A stretch of DNA of 64,000 bases from Amoebidium appalachense (lineage: Eukaryota; Protista; Ichthyosporea): assembly GCA_963693365.1 (NCBI GenBank), contig CAVNZM010000013.1:7144713-7208712 (forward strand), read 5' to 3'. The notes beneath the pieces were generated by a model. The model searched no databases. It was not told the DNA's origin and was given only the letters and a program-made list of their open reading frames with translations. Below are positions 13,822 through 26,476 of the stretch, piece by piece (the first letter of the stretch is position 1; each line of letters starts with the position of its first letter). The position numbers were made by a program, and so were the translations under genes.

Positions 13822-15318
13822 ACACACACACACAAAAAAAAAAAAAAAAAGAAAGAACCACCAGAAATACACCCCACACCCACGTTCTTTGCCCTTCATG
13901 CAGGAAAATCAAAGAGACTATTGAGAAGCGAGGGTGCCAGCAGCTTCAGCCGCGGGGCGCAGGGGGCGGGGGGGGGGGGGGGGCGGGGAAGTTAGCTAGC
14001 ATACTCTAAGAATTAGAGAACATATATATTTGGAGAAGAGGGAACAGGGTTGCAAATTGTCTACCTGAGGTGTAGCTGCCACTGCCGTCGGCCGCAGACT
14101 CCCGAGGTTTATGGTTCCTTTGGGCACCCCCTCCAGGGATAAAATCTGCACCCGCCTGTTGCCTCTGTCTGCCACGTACAGACACGACCCACTCACAGCC
14201 AGCGCCTGCGGCTGTTTTACGCGCCCCGTACTCTCGCCGTGAGAGCACAGGGTACGCAGTGGGCTCGAAATGTCAAAATACGTCCGCGCGGGGGGTACAA
14301 AAGTCATGGTGCCCCGGCGGCTACTGGAAGAACTCTGGAAGGAGTCTGTTTTGTTAGACTCCGCTGATGAGGAAATTTCGGATTCTGCGCGTTTCATCTT
14401 GGCCTCATGCACGATTGAGATTGTGGAAGGCGAAAGCTTGGGCGGAAGAGGGGGTGGCTCCTGGGACGAACTCACTCCCTCCTCCGCTAGCGGTGCAAGT
14501 TCACCTGTGCTCCGGATAGAGGGGGTGGTAATAAACGGGCCGGAGTGGCTTTTTTCGGGGGAATCCGACAACACACGCTCAGAAATTGGGCGCTGGGCCG
14601 GAAGCGAAAACGTGCGGCAGATCTGCTGGGGCATGTCATCGACCATGGAATCATCATTCGCCATGCGGTCTCGTGGGAGAGGGGAAGAGCAGACGCTGTT
14701 ACTGGGAGACTCGTATGTCGACATGGTGGCGGCACTCAATGCACCCACCCCACTGTCCGCGAGCTTGCGTGTGTGTAGCGTCAGGCTGCTCCGTACCGAT
14801 GGCGGTAAGTAGCCGGTTTTAGAGCAATCAGTAAGCGGGCATGACTGCAGCGCATGCACAAGGGAAGAAATGCCGAAAAATTCCGCCTCCTTCAACAACA
14901 AAAGCCTGTCGGTTATGTCGTAGGGTAGAAGTGCCGGGTCCCTCTCGCGTAGAAAGGTGACGACGTGCTCAAACAGTCGCCCATTCCTGTCAATGAACAC
15001 CCATCCTTCTGTGTCCTTCTCGACGTTCTCGTCTCCAGAGAACATGTCATAGAGCAAAGAACCCGGCTCACTCAACAGTGTTGTGCGCGAGATTTTATAC
15101 CGGCACCCACCTACATCCAACTGCAATAAGTCTTTGCTGCTGTATCTTTGGTAACGTGTGCGTGTAATCTTCGAATCTTCGCCAAAATGTGTTCCTGCTA
15201 CATTGAGGCGCGCAGCCTCAGCTGTCAATTGCGCACGTAAAAAGGAGGCCTCACTGTGGAATTGGGTCCAAAGCTCGTCTAGAGTTCGGAGAGAGTCTGC
15301 TATAACATCGGCCCCCAT
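12976..15318 (-). CDS. BTB/POZ (KCTD/T1-type) + NHL-repeat beta-propeller protein, 2 coding exons
   Basis: Exons 15318-14065 and 13569-12976 with a phase-0 GT..AG intron (…ATPQ|GNVF…). BTB motifs LDVGG..Y..SR.TL, FIDRNG..F..V..FLR, EAEFFGI, then a Ser-rich linker. NHL repeats LYVADRGNRRVQI, IIADYMNDRIQVF, ILVADGGTGNLQVF, VYVTDSEENKIHVF. Confidence 0.88.
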
Positions 15319-15831
15319 TTTCAAACTGAATGCGTGCTTTGTGTTTCAACCTACAAAAGACATTTCCTTGCTGTTTACATCGGGAGTTTCGGACGTTTTG
15401 TGATGTGTGAAATGGGCACATGGGACGAGAGAGAAAATCTGAAAAAATCCGAAATTTGTTTGCAGCTAAATGTTCTCGCCAAGCCAGCACTAGGCTGCTT
15501 TAAAATGTGGTTTCTCTTGACTTCAACGTGTGTTCGTCATGTGAACACACTGGTTAAAACACAAAACTCTCACAGCACCTAAACCTTTTCACGTGTGTTT
15601 GGGTTGAAACTGTACTGAGAGAACCATTGAACAGCCGAAAATCAAGGCATAAGGCATGGCTTTCGTTCGTGGGCGTCATCTCATGTCGCTGTTTTGATTG
15701 GCGTTTTTCTCCGCCAATGAATATTTGTTCATATCGAGCCAAACCGGTATTAACTTTACAGATTTTGTGTTACGAGAAAATCATCGAGCCCCCTTTTGCA
15801 AGACTTCCCGGACGTCAACCCTAGGCAGCGC

Positions 15832-15867
15832 GCGGCTTGCAGGCAAGCCGCCTGTCTTTTCTCTAGT
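15832..15867 (+). mobile_element. Helitron-like 3' terminus
   Basis: Perfect 9-bp GC-rich hairpin GCGGCTTGC-AG-GCAAGCCGC (15832-15851), an 11-nt spacer, then CTAG|T (15863-15867). The 5' end was not located. Confidence 0.5.
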
Positions 15868-17721
15868 TCTGTATTTTATTTTTCTTTCTTTCTCTCTTTT
15901 TTTATAAAATGCTAAATTGTGTGTAGACGGATTTTAAAGCGAAGATTGAGGGCCTTCTAAGTATAAGTTTACTTTGCGTGTGACAGACGTAAGCAAGTCC
16001 TGCTTGTTTTATAGGCCCCCGCATTCCTTTTCAACGAATGCAAACCGGTAATTCCAATATAATTTACGAGTGATCTATAAACAAATGGCATCATCTATCC
16101 CCGTAGATTACGCTGAATGGCTGGCGTTCCTGATCAATCCTGGGGGGCCGTGGGGGGATGAATAGCTTTTCAACACCACGAAAATCTCGACCGAACGATG
16201 ATTAGGTTGGAAAACAATGCTTTCATATCGCACAACTACACAAAAATATTTTATAATATTAATACATTGTTACACCATGATAAATAACAAAAAGACGACA
16301 AATCGAACAACGGACTGCATGCACTTTTCCCATTTCTTTGTTTCTCCTAAAATCTGCAGAGACCCAAATGATAATAAATTGTCCAATCACAAAAGGCTTT
16401 GCATAAAGGGTGGTGCGATATTAGCCAATCGGGTGATTCGGATACTGGGGGGATGTTGCCCAAATCTTTGCAGTCATGGTCCAAAACAAACATACTGCAG
16501 TATCAACTGTCAAGTTCGCAAAGCCTCCTGGATCGATGTAAACCCACAAGGTTAAAAAAAAGCGAGGTTTATTTACAGCACAGTGTAGCTCATGTGCAGG
16601 GGAGAGTAGCTTTTGGGCAAAACATGCATATTCCTTTCTAATCGTGCATGGCCGGTATTTGTGCGCCATTTCTTGAAGAATCATAGAAGCTGCCGTTAAA
16701 GATCGGTCGACCTTTATATTGCTAACGCGCTGGGCGGCGGAGACCCTATTGTCATGCTTGCGCAAGTTGATTCTGCCAATCGCGCACTGCTGGCAGTGAG
16801 CAGTTGTTGCGGTAAGTCTGGCGCTGTTACACTGAGGTTCCTTTTTTTGTTTTTGGGCCATGCAGAACGCGGCAAGCTTGTGATAGTGCAGTAGAGGTGA
16901 CACGTGTGTCTTTTCCGTTATTTACGCACTCACTTGATGTTGTCGTCCTGTGGATTTGAGGCGAAGCGTTATAGGACTCATGATTTTCAGCTAATAGTGT
17001 TAGGATGGTAGAAGCGTGCGGGTTGGGGGGCTGGGGAGCCGTTCAGGGCCACCCAACTTTAGTAGGTAACTTGGAGCATACCGAGTAGAGCCTGAGTAGA
17101 GCCCTGAGTTGTATCCTTAGCAGCAGCTCATGTTACAAAATACTGAGCCTAGCTCGACCTTCTAGTCAGTTGCCGGCCGGTTACCATTCTCATATAGTAA
17201 TTTCAGTCTCGGGCTATGCATTACGAAAGTGGTTCTTGTTCTGACACACTGATTCAGGGTAGGTGCCCCCCCCCCCCCCCCTCCCCCCCCCTCCCTCCCC
17301 TCCCCTCCCCCCTCCTCCCCCTCCCCCTCCTCCTTTCTTTCTTCTGCATTCCCAACCTCTGCTGCACACGTTTCAGTAACTACAGTCTCCCACCTTTCGA
17401 CCAATCTTGCTCTATTGCTTTGAGCTACCTGGGCGTCTCCAAACCCCCCCCCTCCCCCCCCCCCCCCCCCCCCACCCACACCCACACCCAACCATCCACC
17501 TTTTTGGGGGGTTTTCTTTGTTGCTTTTTAATTCTTTTTGTCAACTCTTGGGATCACTCTCATCGGTCAAAGAAATTCCTTCGAATGTCCAACTCCATAT
17601 GCAAACCACATGCTTTTGCTCTGTATCCGTTATATCATAGCCCAATTGAGTTGCGTCAACATTTTCCAGCCACGAACCCTCCCCCTCCCCCCTCCCCCCC
17701 CCCCCCCCCCTCCCCCCGTTC

Positions 17722-17752
<31 letters not shown>

Positions 17753-17825
17753 CTCCCATCTTTTCCATTCTCCCAGGCCCTCTCCATGCAAGAACAAAGA
17801 TGGCGGAAGTCACTTTACTTTTAGG

Positions 17826-17827
<2 letters not shown>

Positions 17828-17889
<62 letters not shown>

Positions 17890-18271
17890 CCCCCCCCCTC
17901 CCCTTGTCTCCCCCCCCCCCCCTCCCTCCCTCCCTCTCTCCTCCCCCTGGCATCCCGCCCTCCCTCCTTTTCCTCCCTTCTCCCCCCCCTCCTTCTCTCC
18001 CTCCCTCCCTACCCCCCCCCCCCCCCTCTCCCTCTCCCTCCCTCCCTCCCTCCCTTCTCCCCCCCCCCCGTCCCCCCCCCCCCCCCCTCCCTCCCTCCCT
18101 CTCTTCCTACCCCTCCGTTCTCCCTCTCCCTCTCCCTTCCCTCTCCCTCCCTCCTTCCCCTCCCCCCCTCCCCCCCCCCCCCCCTCCCCTCTGTCTCTCC
18201 CTGTGCCTCGAGTAAACAGCGTAACCCCCCCTCCCCCTCTCTATGTATATTATATGTATATCACACACACA

Positions 18272-18310
<39 letters not shown>

Positions 18311-18653
18311 ACTCTCACTCTCACTCTCCCCCTAACCCCCCTCCCCTCCCTCTCATTCACTCAGCACCGTTAGCTCTCACATGCACACACGGTTGCTTTC
18401 CCCCCTCTTTTTCTCCCTTCTCGTCCTTCCCCCCCCCCCCCCCCCCCCCCCCCCTGCTGCCGTCTCTCTCCCCCGTGCTCTCCCTCCCTCCTTCATTCCT
18501 CCCTCCTTTCTCTCTCTCTCTTTCCAACCCCCCCCCCCCCCCCCCCTTCACTCCCTTTCTCTCTCTCCCTCCCTCCCTCCCTCTCTTCTTCTCACTCACT
18601 CGCCACCCTCACTCCCAAGCACACACGGCCTCTCTTAACCTCTTCCCTACTTC

Positions 18654-18690
<37 letters not shown>
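17828..18690. repeat. (CT)n/poly-C low-complexity region
   Basis: Directly visible. Confidence 0.95.
18204..18230 (+). mobile_element. Isolated LINE 3'-terminal fragment
   Basis: TGCCTCGAGTAAACAGCGTAACCCC matches the extreme 3' end of the LINE copies. TSD is unresolved in the low-complexity flanks. Confidence 0.75.
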
Positions 18691-18901
18691 CGGCCCTTCC
18701 CTCCCAGAATCAAACTTCCTACACCTTCTGAACATATTCTCAACACAACTCGACACCACGACGCCCTCAATTGAGCTATCATTCCCTGCTGTACGTACCC
18801 TCACGGTGGCCTCTAAGTCTGGGTTACCATGTTTTGGTTTGTCTTAGATTGCAATCCTCCTTGTTAGTGTTATGTTCCTTTATGAAACACTCCTTTAGCA
18901 G

Positions 18902-18939
<38 letters not shown>

Positions 18940-19149
18940 AAGTAGCGAAGCAGTGTTGAAGCAGTATCTGGGGTGGATTTCGTCGACGAGGTGAATGGGT
19001 GTCTCGGTATGTGTGGATGTTGTGTGTGTGACGTGTGTGTGTGTGTGTGTTTGAGTTTGAGTATGAGTTTGTTCCCTTTTCCGTATCATCCGATCCCCCC
19101 CCCCCCCCCCAAAAAAAAAAAAAAAAAAGAAAAGAAAAGTGATGAACAA

Positions 19150-19194
<45 letters not shown>

Positions 19195-19268
19195 AAAAAA
19201 AAAATTAAAGGCTTATAAAGCTACTTCATTTAAAGTCTCTTTTTGGTCCTCGGCTCTGTGCCTTTTGA

Positions 19269-19340
19269 CACAGAAACCCCCATCTACAAAGAAATTCGAA
19301 TCACAGAAACCCCCATCTACAAAGAAATTAAATTCGAATC
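19269..19340. repeat. Tandem duplication, 33-bp unit x2
   Basis: CACAGAAACCCCCATCTACAAAGAAATT occurs twice, 33 bp apart. Confidence 0.85.
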
Positions 19341-19528
19341 ATTCCTTCTCGTGGCAGTGGTTACCGTACTGGCTTGTGTAGTGTGTATGCCCTGTGATGC
19401 AGTGCATGCACGGACACGAACACACCGGGCACACAACACAATTGCGACTCGCGTGCACCATTACACGTGTTATGACATGTGCACCAGCACTCAACCACCC
19501 ACGTATATACTCACCACACCACACCATG

Positions 19529-19565
<37 letters not shown>

Positions 19566-20037
19566 CACAATATACCTACAGACGTGCACTGTTAACATGC
19601 ACGTGCACCTGTACACAGTATACCGGAAAAGCAAAGAAACGGTCGGCCATTAATTAATCATCGGCTTTGCCACAATGCACCTCCCCACCGCCCCACGGCA
19701 CCTCTTACACACTTGCATGGCACAAGTCGTTACACAGCCCACTGAGCCCAGGCCTTGAGGGGATGGGCAACCATCATGGACTCTCCCCCCCCCCCCCCCC
19801 CCTCCCCCGCTGCCTGTCCGCCACACAACAACAACCACCACCACTACCCATAAATGAGGCATAGTCTTTGTGTGAAGTTGCAATCTGCATTTAGTTGTCC
19901 GGATCACGAATGTGTACTTCATACCTTCGGCTGTAGCTCTTTCTACCTCCCTCCCCACCTCCGCCCCCCTAACACCAATCCTCCCAACACAGGTAAACAA
20001 CCACACCCACCAACCCACACACACACACACACACAAC

Positions 20038-20277
20038 CACACACACTTGCACATACGGACACAAGCGTGTGTGCCCGTCGAGGATTCGTTACCACACACA
20101 CTTGCACATACGGACACAAGCGTGTGTGCCCGTCGCGCACACACACGGGGACACATGCGCCCACATGACGCATGTCACACACACACACACACAACCGCAC
20201 ACACGGATACAAGCGTGTGTGCCCGTCGCGCACACACACGGGGACACATGCGCGCCCACATGACGCATGCCACACAC

Positions 20278-20280
<3 letters not shown>
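20038..20280. repeat. Degenerate tandem repeats in a CA-rich tract
   Basis: CGGA(C/T)ACAAGCGTGTGTGCCCGTCG three times and CACACACACGGGGACACATGCGC twice. Confidence 0.8.
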
Positions 20281-20327
<47 letters not shown>

Positions 20328-21860
20328 GCGCGCGCGCACACACACACACACACACACAAGTACACAGGTAAACGTGTGTGTGTGCGTGCTGTGTGTGTAT
20401 GTGTTGATGCCATACAGTTATAATACGTGCGTGCATATTCGTGTGTGATAGTGTGTGTGTGGGTACCGAGACCGAGCTTCAAGACTGGATGTGTGGACGC
20501 GCAGGGAGCAGTTACGGGTGCGGGCGTCTAGACCTGCGTACCGTTCGTGCGCGCTACTTTATGCGTACCTCACACGTGTGACGTATAGGCACAGGGAGAA
20601 AGATGTTTTCCCTTTAAATAGCCAGGCTATGTACTTCTCGCAGGTTGACAGAACCCTTGCACCCAACTGCGTGCGTGCTAACGGGATAAATATCACCTAT
20701 CTTTCATGCATCACGCTATTACACATGCCCTTGGCATTCTACTAGGTTTCGGGCAGAACCGTTGGCGAGAAATAGCTAGCCTGGCTAACTAGAGGGTGAA
20801 CGTTTGGTGAACGTGTTTATGAGTGTGTGTGGCTTTTTCTCTCTGAAGCCAGCCGTCTTGCACAAACATCGTTAGCAATTCATGCTCCCGAGCAACACGT
20901 GTTCCCTTGTTTCTACTTTTTTAATGGAAAAGAGAACCTTGAAGTGTGCAGGACCGCAGATGTTCGACAAGGGTCATCAGCCAACCGTGAACGAACAAGT
21001 GGGTAAAGGAAAAGAAAAAAAAGAAAAAAAAGCCTCGTACACGGGCAGGCCAGGTCGCCACCTTTGCGCTCCTTTGCGCTGCGCAAAAGTTGCCGCATGT
21101 CACTGCGTGACACATAGCAAATTGCGGCAGATTATTTTGTCGCAATTGATTGGTGTATTCATTTCGTTTGTGTCAATTAGTACGAGATAGCATTATAAAG
21201 GTCAACCCATCTTTAACGTTACACTGGGCCGGGATAGCGTTTTATCCACCCGCAGCCTGTGACCGCAGGTCTACTTTGTAAGGTAAGCCAAGGTTAATGG
21301 GGCAAAAGTAACTTAGACCCTGTATTCATCATTATCCGCAGTTAGGCAGCTGCAGTGCCCGACGGATAGGCACGCTATGTCCATCATGTCAGGCCTGGCT
21401 GCCTCATCTGAGTTAATGAAGTCACCGTCATGCACCGTCACACTATCATCATCACGTGTCAGCTATACTATCTAGAAACACGTGTAGTAAGAAGTTACGT
21501 TACTCCTTCGTAGTTCCGGAAGGCCCGACGAGGCAAGCCTTCTCAGCCAGCTGCAGTATTAGTCCAGAGATAAAACAGTATTCGAGTCCAAATACCTTTG
21601 TCATCACTGTCATCGAATGGCATGCATGCATGGAACATGCTGTGCATGGACTTCTGTACAAGCCGCGTGCACGTGAAATCAGTCCCGGCTGGTCACTGGG
21701 GCGCATGCACATAATCAGGCAACTGAGCATACATATACAAAAAAGGCTCCGGACCGTCACTCCCGCCCGTGGCCGGATCGAATTCCGCGATGTGAAAATG
21801 AGTGATCATGAATACACGCACGTGTGTGGCAGTGTAACACACGCAGACACAGGAGCACAC

Positions 21861-21900
<40 letters not shown>

Positions 21901-21931
21901 CACACACACTGGCACACACACACTCACACGC

Positions 21932-21974
<43 letters not shown>

Positions 21975-22925
21975 CTCGCGCGCACACACACAGTCACACA
22001 CAGCATCGCACACACACACACATACGCATCCACACATACATACACACACACACAAGCACCCACACTAAGGTTAGTACGCGCGCGGGCGCACACACACATG
22101 CACACACACTTCCAAGCACACACACCGGCACACACGTGCACGTGACTCGTCCCACACGCACACATTTGCACACACACATACACAGACACACTAATCACAT
22201 TTGTGAGGGAGTTTTGAATCTGAAATGGGGGGGGGGGGGGGGGGGGGGGGGGGGAAGTAGTAAATATCGACATCCCGTCTGGTGGTACCCTAACACGTAC
22301 TGACGTGTTGCCGCACGTGCGACGTTATACAACTACTCAGGCGGCTTAAGTTTAAAAAAAAAAAAAAAAGAAAAGAAAGGAGACACCGCCTCAGTAGGTG
22401 GTAGGGTGGTACCCCCATCTCTCTCGCTCTCTCCCCCCCCCCTCCCCCCCCCTTCCCCTTCCCTCCGGGAGGAGGGGTACCGAAGGTGGGTCACCCCCCC
22501 CCCTCTCCCCAACTTGAAGGTAGCCCCAGGGGTGCATGGGTCCCCCCGGAGGGACCCATCTGGACGAGTAGGACGGCGGTTCCCCCTCTCCCCCACCCCC
22601 CCCCCCCCCCCCCCCCCCTTCCCCCGGCCCCGCCCGCCCGCGCGTGCCCGTGTTCATGGCCAGATTCTCTTTTTTGCTCACCAAAAGTTGTATTCGTTAC
22701 CCCTTTTTTTTTTTTTTTTTTTTGAGAATTTCTTTCGCGGAGTTTCTCGCTTGAGAAGTGGTTTCTTCAACGCCTGGTGGTCTGTAAACAGTTGGACTAT
22801 TTAGGATAAGGCAGAGTACAACTGAATCAAAATAAAGACAGAGAACGGGTAGAAAGGCACACGCGGCCAGGTTGCTTTTACTTTGGGCCGACTCAGTCTG
22901 TCTCAGACTTCACTGATGTGATCCC

Positions 22926-23124
22926 GGGGGGGTTTACGCTGTTTACTCGAGGCAAAGAGAACCAGTCTCAGGTATGGGGGGGGGGGGTTTTGCTCGGAAT
23001 ATCCCCTCAGCGGTATATCATGATCACGTACATAGATGTCGGGTGGTGACTATATATCAGGGTTTACTTTCTCTACGAGACACCATAAAGACTACAAGGA
23101 GAAATCAATTAGTTGGGGTTCCCC

Positions 23125-23184
<60 letters not shown>

Positions 23185-23216
23185 GGGCTCCCCTCGGGAC
23201 ACTCGGTATCAGCTGG

Positions 23217-23269
<53 letters not shown>

Positions 23270-26200
23270 TGTGTGTGTGTGCGCGTGCGCTATAATTTTG
23301 TAGTGATGTGTTTCTCAAGCCAATCAATACATCTAATAAACAGGTCGTAGTTACGCGTGTTTAGTATAAAATCAAGGATGTTGTAATTTACAGGTAGGCT
23401 ATCTTTCTGGGTGTCTGTTGTGAATGTGACGTGTGTGTGTTGCGGTATTATGTGGTCTATCAAACTACATTTGGCGATACATGACCGGTTAAACTGGTGT
23501 GTGTGTGTGTTGTTTGGGCATGCAAATGATGCCACCTTATACTTATTAGATCTCCACTGTATAGCACGTGTACAGTAAAAGCGTGGTAATTGATCAATAA
23601 TACCATCAGCTAGAGAAAGACCAGTTCTACAGGAAGGTAATATGTATTTAGGTGTTATACACTTGCGAGTGCCATATTTGGCAATATGGTTGAGGCGGTC
23701 AGTATATATAAAACGAGACATAAGGCTTAGTTTTTCAAGGTGTATGCTTTCATCGGGTCTAGTGTCGTGTGGTATCTTTTTCCATTTGTTATATTGCGTG
23801 ATTATCTTGTGATTGTGTACATGTTTAATAAGTAAGTGGCAGTCCAAAGTCACACACACACTATTGCGGGGTTTATTTGTATTTGTGCCCAGGGGAGAAG
23901 GGGGAGAGAGAGGGGAGGAAAGAGGGGAGAGGTGAGGAGGGGACAGGTCGGATAGAGAAGAGAGGGTGGGAGGGCAAATACTTCTTTAAGCGGCTTATGT
24001 GCTTATTGAATTTCAGCGCGAGATAGGATACTCTAGCAGCTATTGGGACCAGACCATATATCGAGAGCGTTACAGGCCCAGGTTTACAACAGTTGTTAGA
24101 TAGAAAGGAGGCAACTTCTGCTTCAAGGAAATTTGCCAAGGGTTTAAGCGCTCTAGTTCTCTCTTTCTTGATCCAAGCGGCGAGAAGGGGTAAACCATAT
24201 TCACATGCCGGGAAGACAAAAGTGCGAATAAATGTAAGTCTAATAGAAGGATGGAGGGGTGTGTCTTTAAAAATATTAGCCGAGAAGAAAGCTAACCGCT
24301 TACGAGCCAACTCTACCCTCTTTTCGACCATATGGGGAAACATAACACCAACAGAATCAACCGGAACACCAAGATATTTGTATTCTGGAACTATAGGTAC
24401 AGGTTTAGATGATAATGTAAATGTGTGTAAATTGTTAGCTATATCAGGTACAAGAACACCACATTTGTCTATGTTAAGGATCATAAGGTTTGCCTTGCAC
24501 CACTCTGACACTACATCGAACAATCTTTGCAGGCGTCTAGGGGTACGGGCAAGGAGGGACAGATCATCAGCATAGAGAAGTGCAGGCGGAAAGTTATTAA
24601 TAGGGTCATCGTTTTCGGCGTAAATCTTGACAGCCAAATCATCTATAAATAGGTTAAACAAAAAGGGGCTAAGCAATGAACCCTGCAAGAGACCTCTAGT
24701 ACGAGCAAAACCATATGAAAGATGCCCATTAACCACAGCTCTACCATAGGTTTGAGACAAGAGTGCTTCTAACAGAACACCAATGCAGTGTGGTACACCC
24801 CGTGCAGCAAGCTTTTCCCATAGGAGACCAGGGGAGACAGAATCGTAAGCAGTTTTCCAATCAATAAAGCCAACATATTGTGCACCAACTTGCATAGAAT
24901 CGTGCAGTGCCATTATTTGAACATAACATGAATTGTTTTTACGAAAAGCGGATTGGCATGGGTGTATGTGAAGAATAGATTGAAACCTAGGGTGATGTGC
25001 AAATAACCTAAGTAAGCAAGCTTCAAAGAATCTACGAACAACCTGGGTTAGTGTAATGGGGCGAAAGGATGATATGGGGCCCTCAGAGTCCTTCTTAACT
25101 ATGGGGATCACTAAGGTATCTAACCAAGATGACGGGACATGTCCACATTTAACACACCAAGAAAAGAGAGAGCTTAACATGATAGTAAGATCAGGTTTAA
25201 TAGCACGATCACTTTCCTTTTGTGGGTAGGAGGGAACAAGGATTTTAAGAAACCCAGCAGGGAGTCCATCAGGTCCACAAGACTTACTAGAGCTATAACT
25301 AGATATCACAGACCATATGGCATCGGGACTGAAAAAGGGGAGGATCGATTCTATGGGGATAGATGGGTCTACAGGCCACACAATAGGTTTCTGAGCGGGG
25401 GTCCTATCTTTAAACAGTTCCGAGAAATACTTATCAGAGTCTATGAGGGGGTCTCCAGTGGTATCACCAATAATACGAGCAGGGGGGCCAAATCGATTCA
25501 TACTAGCAAGCCGGCGCAAGCTTTCCTTTTGAGACAGGGGTTCACCTAGTCTAGCGGGAGTGGTGTTTGGTAACAAGAGAGCATCGGGATATTCCTTCCT
25601 ACCACCGCCAGCATAATCACCGAGATCTATCAAATCATCAACAATAAAGTTAGTGCATGTATCTAGTACGAGATGTGAATCTGGCCTGGCTTGTGCAGAT
25701 TCTAATAGGCGCATATATATAGGGTGTTTCGTAGCATAGCATACACATACATCAACTCTACCCCACTGTGACTTAAGCTGGGATAGACGGAGGCGAAAGG
25801 TGGGAGGGGGAGGGGGGAGCAGATCAAGGGAGATCTTAGGTAGGAAAAGGATAGGAGAGTGGTCAGATGACCTAGAGAGGTTAGGAGGGAGAGAGAGTTT
25901 TGACATGGTTGATGGCCAAAAGGCCACTCCCCAGTCGGTGTTGTGGGCATGGGATATTTGAGGGAACCGCAAAGTGTGACTTTGGACATACCTTGCTAAA
26001 GGGATAGCACGCTCCGGGGGCTTAGATGGGTACCCGACACTCACTTGCAGTGTGTCTGTGTGGTGGAGTCGCGTGTTAAAATCACCTAAAATAACAGTGG
26101 ACATTGGTAACTGTGACAACTCGTGAGTCAATTCGACAACCGACATAGATGGTGGGTAATATACAAAAGTAAAAACATTAGAAAGAAACTCTATAGAAAC

Positions 26201-26476
26201 CGAGAATTCCGTTTTTGCTACCGGTTTGCACTTCACTCTCACGTGTGGTGCGGCAAGTACAATAATGCCTCGGTTTTTCGCGTAACCGGGGTGTGTGGAT
26301 GTGTCGACCAATGTAGAGTTGAATTTGTGGTGGTTTTTAAACTGTGTTTCGCAAATCACTGTAAACGTGTGGTTGTTTGTCTGTTGTTGTATGTAGCTGA
26401 TTTTATCGTCGAGTGTCCCGGGGGGGAGGCCCTTTTGGGGGCCCAGTGTCCGAGCATTCCAGAAGAAGAAGGATAA
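22926..26476 (-). mobile_element. Non-LTR retrotransposon (APE endonuclease + RT), copy 1, longest copy, with 10-bp TSD
   Basis: ATGTGATCCC flanks both sides (22916-22925 and 26477-26486). The 3' UTR contains (CA)n, internal (A)n and (C)n and ends GCGTAAACCCCCCC. Confidence 0.9.
23290..26457 (-). CDS. LINE EN-RT polyprotein with two apparent frameshifts (about 26365 and about 23900)
   Basis: ATG at 26457 leads to IKSATYN, then ICET, YYPP, ILGDFN, SDHSPI (APE) and KSCGPDGL, FRPITL, QSAFR, FIDWKTAYD, GLLQGSLLSP, YADD, YKYLGV (RT), with a Cys/His C-terminus. The shift near 23900 is one extra base in a homopolymer relative to copy 2. Confidence 0.9.

Noticed and set aside
24093-25549. Antisense ORFs (160 aa, 109 aa) repeated in both LINE copies
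   Set aside because: Shadow frames of the RT gene, conserved only because the copies are nearly identical.
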